From a virus: a stretch of 64,000 nucleotides of DNA. The notes beneath the pieces were generated by a model that ran no database searches, was not told the DNA's origin, and saw nothing but the letters and a program-made list of their open reading frames with translations. The stretch lies in IMG/VR virus record IMGVR_UViG_3300027659_000022, positions 1 to 64,000 of that record; one strand, written 5' to 3'. Shown piece after piece: positions 58,406-64,000 of the stretch; the stretch's first letter is position 1; each line of letters begins with the position of its first letter. Both the position numbers and the translations under genes were made by a program.

Positions 58406-59485
58406 ATGGCAAAAGCATTTGATATTTCTAAATTTAGAAAGTCAATTACTAAGAGCATCGAAGGACTTAGTATTGGCTTCAATGATCCAGTAGACTGGAT
58501 CTCAACCAACAACTTCGCACTGAACTATTTGATCAGTGGAGATTTTTACAAAGGCATTCCCCTGGGCAAGGTCACTGTGTTTGCTGGCGAGTCAGGTGCA
58601 GGCAAGAGTTTTATCTGTGCCGGTAACTTGGTCAAGAACGCACAGGCATCGGGCATATTTCCTATATTGATTGACACAGAAAACGCCTTAGATAAAGATT
58701 GGCTAGAAGCCTTAGGCGTAGACACTTCAGAAGATAAATTGATGAAGTTGAACATGGCCATGATCGATGATGTGGCCAAGACCATCGTGGAGTTCGTAGC
58801 AGAATATAAATCCATGGATGAAGCCACACGTCCTAAGATCTTGTTCGTGATAGACAGTCTTGGAATGTTACTGACTCCCACGGATGTTAATCAGTTTGAA
58901 GCCGGGGATCTCAAAGGTGACATGGGCCGTAAGCCCAAAGCACTTACGGCACTGGTTCGCAACTGTGTGAACATGTTTGGTAGTCTTAATATCGGTTTGG
59001 TGTGTACTAATCATACCTATGCCAGCCAAGACATGTTTGATCCAGATGACAAGATCAGCGGTGGTCAGGGTTTTATCTACGCCAGTTCAATCGTAGTTGC
59101 CATGCGTAAGCTAAAACTCAAAGAAGACGAAGACGGCAACAAGATCTCAGAGGTCAAAGGCATTCGTGCTGCCTGCAAGGTTATGAAAACACGATATGCT
59201 AAACCTTTTGAATCAGTGCAGGTGAAGATTCCTTATGAAACAGGTATGAATCCATATAGTGGACTGGTCGACCTGTTCGAAGCCAAAGGCATGCTCAAGA
59301 AAGAAGGAAACAGCCTAGTCTATACCACTGCCGATGGCGAGATCATCAAACAGTTCCGCAAGGCCTGGGAACGCAATGACAATCTCGGTCTCGACAAGGC
59401 CATGGCAGATGTATCAAAACACGGTGAAAAATCCATTTCTGAGATAACTACTACAGTTGAACCAGACTTGGAGGAAGCCGAATGA
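58406..59485 (+). CDS. uvsX: RecA-like recombinase UvsX
   Basis: Start re-called to ATG 58406; AGESGAGKS Walker A, IDTE, VIDSLG, NHTY, SGG.G..Y. Confidence 0.93.
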   Translation: MAKAFDISKFRKSITKSIEGLSIGFNDPVDWISTNNFALNYLISGDFYKGIPLGKVTVFAGESGAGKSFICAGNLVKNAQASGIFPILIDTENALDKDWLEALGVDTSEDKLMKLNMAMIDDVAKTIVEFVAEYKSMDEATRPKILFVIDSLGMLLTPTDVNQFEAGDLKGDMGRKPKALTALVRNCVNMFGSLNIGLVCTNHTYASQDMFDPDDKISGGQGFIYASSIVVAMRKLKLKEDEDGNKISEVKGIRAACKVMKTRYAKPFESVQVKIPYETGMNPYSGLVDLFEAKGMLKKEGNSLVYTTADGEIIKQFRKAWERNDNLGLDKAMADVSKHGEKSISEITTTVEPDLEEAE

Positions 59486-59709
59486 AAGAAGATTTAATCG
59501 CCGATATATGGAATGTAGTGATTGGTCATATTCCAGAAAAACAACGAGCTGATGTTGCCGCTGATTTTGTTAATACACTATTAGACTACGGTATCAAAGA
59601 CTCTGTGTTAGAATCACTGCAAGGAGTGGATCCTTATTTAGACGATGCTATCGATTACGCAATCGATGGTGAGGAAATCGAAGAAGAATACGAAGACGAC
59701 GAGGAATAA
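59482..59709 (+). CDS. small acidic hypothetical protein
   Basis: GGAGG SD, ATGA overlap with uvsX. Confidence 0.7.
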   Translation: MKEDLIADIWNVVIGHIPEKQRADVAADFVNTLLDYGIKDSVLESLQGVDPYLDDAIDYAIDGEEIEEEYEDDEE

Positions 59710-60165
59710 ATGAATTGGTATGATCGAGTTTCCAAGGATATTTCGAATATTCCTGATGCTGTGGCCTATTATGAAGCTGAATTAATTTCAGCAAAACAAG
59801 ATGTCCGTGTAACGGGAAACATCGAGAAAGCCTCTGCGCAGATGCCTGGCATCGTAGAAACTCGGTTCAATCAACTTCAAGAAATTGAAGGTATTCTAGA
59901 ATATCTCAATATCGAACTTCGAAGACTGCGTAGTCAACACTTTCGTAAATATCTCGAAAACTATCAACGTCAGCTCAGTTCCAGAGACTGTGAAAAGTTT
60001 GTGGAAGGTGAAGCTGATGTTGTAGATTTTGAAAAGATCATCAATGACTTTGCTCTGCTACGTAACAAATGGCTAGGCATTATCAAAGCCTTAGACATCA
60101 AGCAATGGCAGTTGAGTAATATCGTCAAACTTAGAACTGCAGGACTAGAAGACGCTACTCTATGA
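59710..60165 (+). CDS. uvsY: recombination mediator UvsY
   Basis: Helical ~150-aa protein near uvsX; KYLE.Y...L...D..K.V.G and K.LD.K.WQL.NIVKLR motifs. Confidence 0.8.
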   Translation: MNWYDRVSKDISNIPDAVAYYEAELISAKQDVRVTGNIEKASAQMPGIVETRFNQLQEIEGILEYLNIELRRLRSQHFRKYLENYQRQLSSRDCEKFVEGEADVVDFEKIINDFALLRNKWLGIIKALDIKQWQLSNIVKLRTAGLEDATL

Positions 60166-61130
60166 CAATTTTAGTAACTGGTGGCCTAGGATTAATAGGG
60201 CACCATGTAGTTAAGAAATTAGAAGATCTCGGTGAACAAGTGGTAATCACTGACACCCGAACCAACTACGGTATTATACCTCAGGCCGAAATCGATTATC
60301 TAATTTCTCAGAGATTAAAATCAATCACGACCGATAAAATACATCGCATTGACATCAGCGAACGAGATAGTGTAGAATGGTTGTTCAGGCACTACCGACC
60401 TTCAGCAGTGGTACATCTAGCATCATTTCCCCGGCAAAAAGTAGTTAATGCTGATCCTGCGCAAGGCGCTAAAGTCATGAGCGAAGGACTACTGAACCTA
60501 TTAGAGGCCAGTGTGAAATATCAATGTCCGAGATTCCTGTATGCCAGTTCTAGCATGGTCTATGGTGATTTCAAAGATTATGTCAAAGAAGATGCTGTTT
60601 GCCGTCCACAAGGTCAGTATGGTATAATGAAATTAGCAGGCGAGTGGTTAGTACGAGATTATCAACGTAAAGGAATCGAGCATACTATTTTTAGACCCAG
60701 TGCGGTGTATGGTCCATTAGATGTTGAGGACCGCGTGATTTCAAAGTTTCTGCTCACTGCCATGAGAGGCGGTGTATTAAAGGTAAACGGGATCCACGAA
60801 ACTCTAGATTTCACCTATGTGGACGATGCAGCCCAGGGCATGGTAAAGGCACTGCTGAGTAAAAACACCAAAAACAAAACATACAATATAACCAAAAGCC
60901 ACAGTAAAACTTTGTATGCAGCCGCACAATTGGCCGTGGAGTTAGTTGGCAATGGCAGCATAGCCATCGGTGATAAAGATCAAGATTTTCCTAGTCGAGG
61001 TGCCTTAGACATTTCTGCTGCACGTCAAGATTTCGGATTTGATCCGAAGATAGATATAGAGGAAGGTTTCGAACGTTATTATCATTGGTTGAAAAATTCT
61101 TCGTACTATCAAGCCAATCTTTTAGATTAG
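60162..61130 (+). CDS. NAD-dependent nucleotide-sugar epimerase/dehydratase
   Basis: VTGGLGLIG, HLA, ASSSMVYG, Y-x3-K (YGIMK), DFTYVDD. Confidence 0.92.
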   Translation: MTILVTGGLGLIGHHVVKKLEDLGEQVVITDTRTNYGIIPQAEIDYLISQRLKSITTDKIHRIDISERDSVEWLFRHYRPSAVVHLASFPRQKVVNADPAQGAKVMSEGLLNLLEASVKYQCPRFLYASSSMVYGDFKDYVKEDAVCRPQGQYGIMKLAGEWLVRDYQRKGIEHTIFRPSAVYGPLDVEDRVISKFLLTAMRGGVLKVNGIHETLDFTYVDDAAQGMVKALLSKNTKNKTYNITKSHSKTLYAAAQLAVELVGNGSIAIGDKDQDFPSRGALDISAARQDFGFDPKIDIEEGFERYYHWLKNSSYYQANLLD

Positions 61131-61138
61131 TCATTATA

Positions 61139-61160
61139 TGTGCAGATAAATATCTGCATG
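61139..61160 (+). promoter_or_regulatory. late promoter (TAAATA 61147-52, N5-ATG) embedded in an inverted repeat covering the start codon
   Basis: TGCAGAT-AAAT-ATCTGCA perfect stem, extendable by G-U pairs over the ATG at 61158. Confidence 0.6.
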
Positions 61161-61919
61161 AAAACCTTAGTACTTGTCACAGGGGGATTCGATCCTCTAC
61201 ACTCCGGGCACATCGCCTACTTTCGTGCAGCAAAGCAACTAGGAGACACACTGGTTGTTGGTGTTAATTCTGATGCGTGGTTGGTTCGTAAAAAAGGTCG
61301 AGCATTTATGCCTTGGAACGAACGCATGAATATCGTCAAAAATATCAAAGACGTAGATTTTGTCTTGGAATTCAATGATGATGATGGCAGCGCCAAACAG
61401 GCAATAAAATTAGCCAGACAAACATGGCCGGATCATAAAATTATATTTGCCAATGGCGGGGACCGCACAGACGCTAATATTCCGGAAATGGAGTTTGAGG
61501 ATCGTAATCTCGAATTTGCATTTGGAGTTGGCGGATTCGATAAGGCCAATTCCAGTTCGTGGATATTAGAAGAATGGAAAGCTCCTAAGACCGGCAGGGC
61601 ATGGGGTTACTATCGTGTGTTACATGAAGTTCCTGGAATGAAAGTCAAAGAGTTGACCGTTGATCCCGGTAAAAGTCTGTCTATGCAAAGACATCAATCT
61701 AGATCAGAATTTTGGATAGTCAGTGAAGGGCAGGCGATGGTAAACAGAGCTACACCTTTGAATTTTGATTTACCTACTGCAGAATTAAACAAACACGAAC
61801 AATTACATATCGTTCAACAAGAATGGCATCAACTCACAAATCCTTACAGCCATCCATTAAAAATTGTAGAGATACAATACGGTGATCAGTGCGTAGAAGA
61901 GGACATAGAAAGACGATGA
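61158..61919 (+). CDS. cytidylyltransferase-like (HxGH) domain fused to mannose-6-phosphate isomerase type II cupin
   Basis: GGFDPLHSGH, VGVNSD, ANGGDR; WG.Y..L, KVKELTV.PG.SLSMQRH..RSEFW, IVEIQYG...EEDI.R. Confidence 0.88.
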   Translation: MKTLVLVTGGFDPLHSGHIAYFRAAKQLGDTLVVGVNSDAWLVRKKGRAFMPWNERMNIVKNIKDVDFVLEFNDDDGSAKQAIKLARQTWPDHKIIFANGGDRTDANIPEMEFEDRNLEFAFGVGGFDKANSSSWILEEWKAPKTGRAWGYYRVLHEVPGMKVKELTVDPGKSLSMQRHQSRSEFWIVSEGQAMVNRATPLNFDLPTAELNKHEQLHIVQQEWHQLTNPYSHPLKIVEIQYGDQCVEEDIERR

Positions 61920-62587
61920 AAGTATTTGTTGGCTATGATATCAGAGAAGATATCGCATATCAGGTCTGTGAATACAGTATACACAAACATCAATCCGCAG
62001 CACAGGTGATTCCTCTCAAGCAAAAAGAACTTAGAGAAAGCGGTGTCTATACCAGAACTGTAGATCCTCTCAGTTCCACAGAATTTACATTCACAAGGTT
62101 TCTAGTACCTTATCTAGCAGATTATCAAGGTTGGGCTGTGTTTGTGGACTGTGATGTTGTGTTTATCCAAGATGTCAAAGAACTGTTTGCCCAGGCCGAT
62201 GATCAATATGCCGTGATGGTGGTCAAACATGATTATACCCCTAAAGAAGGGTTGAAGATGGACGGGTGTCGTCAACTTCCGTATCCAAGAAAGAACTGGA
62301 GTTCTGTGATACTATGGAATTGTGCTCATCCTTCAAATCGACAAATTACTCCGGACATCGTTAATAGTCAAACAGGACAGTATCTACACAGATTCCAGTG
62401 GCTAGACGAAAAAGAAATAGGTGCATTGACACTAGACTGGAATTGGCTAGTGGGCTGGTATCAAGAACCTCAAGATGGCACACCTAAGGCTCTGCATTAC
62501 ACAGAAGGTGGGCCATGGTTCGCTGAATATAGACGCTGTGATTATCACAAGGTCTGGAAAAAATATCTTCGAGAAATGCTCAAATGA
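61916..62587 (+). CDS. GT-A fold glycosyltransferase (GT8-like)
   Basis: Start re-called to ATG 61916; VFVGYD.RE, STEFTFTRFLVP, DCD (DxD), YPRKNWSS, WNWL, HYTEGGPW. Confidence 0.85.
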   Translation: MKVFVGYDIREDIAYQVCEYSIHKHQSAAQVIPLKQKELRESGVYTRTVDPLSSTEFTFTRFLVPYLADYQGWAVFVDCDVVFIQDVKELFAQADDQYAVMVVKHDYTPKEGLKMDGCRQLPYPRKNWSSVILWNCAHPSNRQITPDIVNSQTGQYLHRFQWLDEKEIGALTLDWNWLVGWYQEPQDGTPKALHYTEGGPWFAEYRRCDYHKVWKKYLREMLK

Positions 62588-63378
62588 TTTTCCTCAGCAA
62601 AGACGGCCAGGATCCATATATCAACATGCTAGCACAAGGCTGCGGTAAAAAAGTCACTGACACCAACAACTTCGATTATGCCGCTAGTTCTGAACCCCTA
62701 GTGCTACGAGGCATACTCAAGAAAAAAATCATACATCGTTGCTTGGCCGATGGCCGAACATTTTACTACGTAGATACGGGATATTTTGGCAATGAGATCA
62801 CTGCTGGTAATCCCAATGGTTGGAAGTATTGGCACAGAATTGTTAAGAACGATCTACAACACAAATATGTGGTGCCAAGATCAGATGATAGGTTTAAAAA
62901 TTTCAAAAAAAAGATTTCGTCTTGGAAAAAGACAGGTTCTAAGATATTAATAGCAAAGCCTGATGACAAGCCAATGAGATTCTATGACTACAACATGGAT
63001 GTATGGCTGCAGAATACTGTTGACACTATCCGTGAATACACTGACAGGCCTATAGAGATCAGAGATCGTGCGGCCAAGCGCATAGATAGAATACAGCACA
63101 ACACACTACAAGAAGCATTAGATGACGATGTGTTTGCACTAGTGACTTTTAATAGTGTGGCCGCGGTTGAATCTGTGTTTCACGGCATACCGGTGTTCAC
63201 CCTAGCACCAACGAATGCAGCTGAGCCAATGGGGCTGCAGGATCTTTCACTGATAGAAACTCCTCGTTATCCAGACAGCGACGAAGTTTATCAATGGGCT
63301 AGTCATTTGGCCTACGGTCAATTCCACAACAGCGAATTACGCAACGGCAAGGCAATGGAGATGCTACAACATGGATGA
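62584..63378 (+). CDS. capsule polysaccharide modification/glycosyltransferase-like protein
   Basis: YYVDTGYFG, RPI.IR, LVTFNS.AAVE....GIPVF (GT-B-like C-terminal lobe). Confidence 0.6.
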   Translation: MIFLSKDGQDPYINMLAQGCGKKVTDTNNFDYAASSEPLVLRGILKKKIIHRCLADGRTFYYVDTGYFGNEITAGNPNGWKYWHRIVKNDLQHKYVVPRSDDRFKNFKKKISSWKKTGSKILIAKPDDKPMRFYDYNMDVWLQNTVDTIREYTDRPIEIRDRAAKRIDRIQHNTLQEALDDDVFALVTFNSVAAVESVFHGIPVFTLAPTNAAEPMGLQDLSLIETPRYPDSDEVYQWASHLAYGQFHNSELRNGKAMEMLQHG

Positions 63379-64000
63379 AGAACTATTTAGAAAATCAATC
63401 CCAGGCATACCACCCTCAGTTTTTCGAGGAGTAACCAAGAGAAAACACATACAACAACATTGGAAGGATAAAACAGATTTCTATTACATGGATACTGGGT
63501 ATTTTGGAAATTTTATAAGTCTTGGAAATCCTGGTGGAACAAAATTGTTTCACAGAATAGTCAAAAACGATCTACAAAAACATTGGTTAGAGAAATATCC
63601 CGACGATCGTTGGCAAGAAATTTGTAAAATTGATTCTAGATACCAATGGAACGGATGGAAGAAAAAAGGCAACAAAATCTTAATAATTGTGCCGAATAGA
63701 AAATCGTGTGTGTTTTATGGCTACGAAGAAGGCAAGGCCAAAGACCGAGATGAAAGAAAACCCACTTGGCTAATGAACACCATAGAAACTATAAAAAAAT
63801 ATACAGACATGGAGATTGTTATTAGAGAAAAAGGCAGCAGATCTGATCGACACCATCATTCAATATTTGATGCCCTTGATGAAGGAATATTTGCCACAGT
63901 AACATTTAATAGTATTGCAGCACTAGAGTCTGTGATATACGGAATTCCTGCATTTGTCACAGTACCGTGTGCAGCATCTCCGTTAGCTCTAACAGACCTT
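63371..64000 (+). CDS. paralog of the preceding glycosyltransferase-like gene, 3'-truncated by window edge
   Basis: Absent from the ORF track because it has no stop; reads MDEELFRKSIPG...FYYMDTGYFGN...HRIVKND...TFNSIAALE...GIPAF. Confidence 0.7.
   Translation, partial: MDEELFRKSIPGIPPSVFRGVTKRKHIQQHWKDKTDFYYMDTGYFGNFISLGNPGGTKLFHRIVKNDLQKHWLEKYPDDRWQEICKIDSRYQWNGWKKKGNKILIIVPNRKSCVFYGYEEGKAKDRDERKPTWLMNTIETIKKYTDMEIVIREKGSRSDRHHHSIFDALDEGIFATVTFNSIAALESVIYGIPAFVTVPCAASPLALTDL

Noticed and set aside
941-62969. Numerous minus-strand and alternate-frame ORFs in the track (e.g. 941-1579, 2335-2973, 4983-5669)
   Set aside because: They shadow well-supported genes, have Ser/Leu-rich mirror composition and lack start signals.
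1-64000. Stop-codon recoding, introns or inteins in core genes
   Set aside because: Core genes (portal, capsid, terminase, sheath, UvsX) are full-length and uninterrupted in the standard code; no intein or intron motifs were recognised.

Overview
The window is the morphogenesis and replication core of a large T4-like contractile-tailed dsDNA phage. In order it holds: the 3' end of a probable tape-measure protein; a head module (portal gp20, prohead core, protease gp21, scaffold gp22, major capsid gp23); about 30 kb of tail and fibre genes; an inverted neck block (gp15 and gp14 on -, gp13 on +); dNMP kinase; an enlarged sheath gp18; tube gp19; gp4; terminase gp16 and gp17; ssb gp32, uvsX and uvsY; and the start of a sugar-modification cluster. 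The fibre region contains two giant paralogous proteins, a tandem array of nine small paralogous putative fibre-tip proteins with two chaperone-like genes, a flavin-dependent halogenase, a 2OG-Fe(II) oxygenase and a collagen/cupredoxin-tipped fibre. Gene order is heavily rearranged relative to T4. The main unexplained signals are: (1) a TAAATA late-promoter box exactly 5 nt before the ATG of about ten genes that have no Shine-Dalgarno, implying a systematic leaderless late-mRNA programme; (2) the translationally coupled 3+6 paralog array next to modifying enzymes; (3) structured GC-rich 5' leaders at 8979-9017 and 12745-12853; (4) perfect 53-bp and 25-bp identities between the two otherwise diverged giant fibre genes. 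I recognised no tRNA, rRNA, CRISPR array, integrase or reverse transcriptase. All functional calls come from motif recognition by eye; no database search was run.
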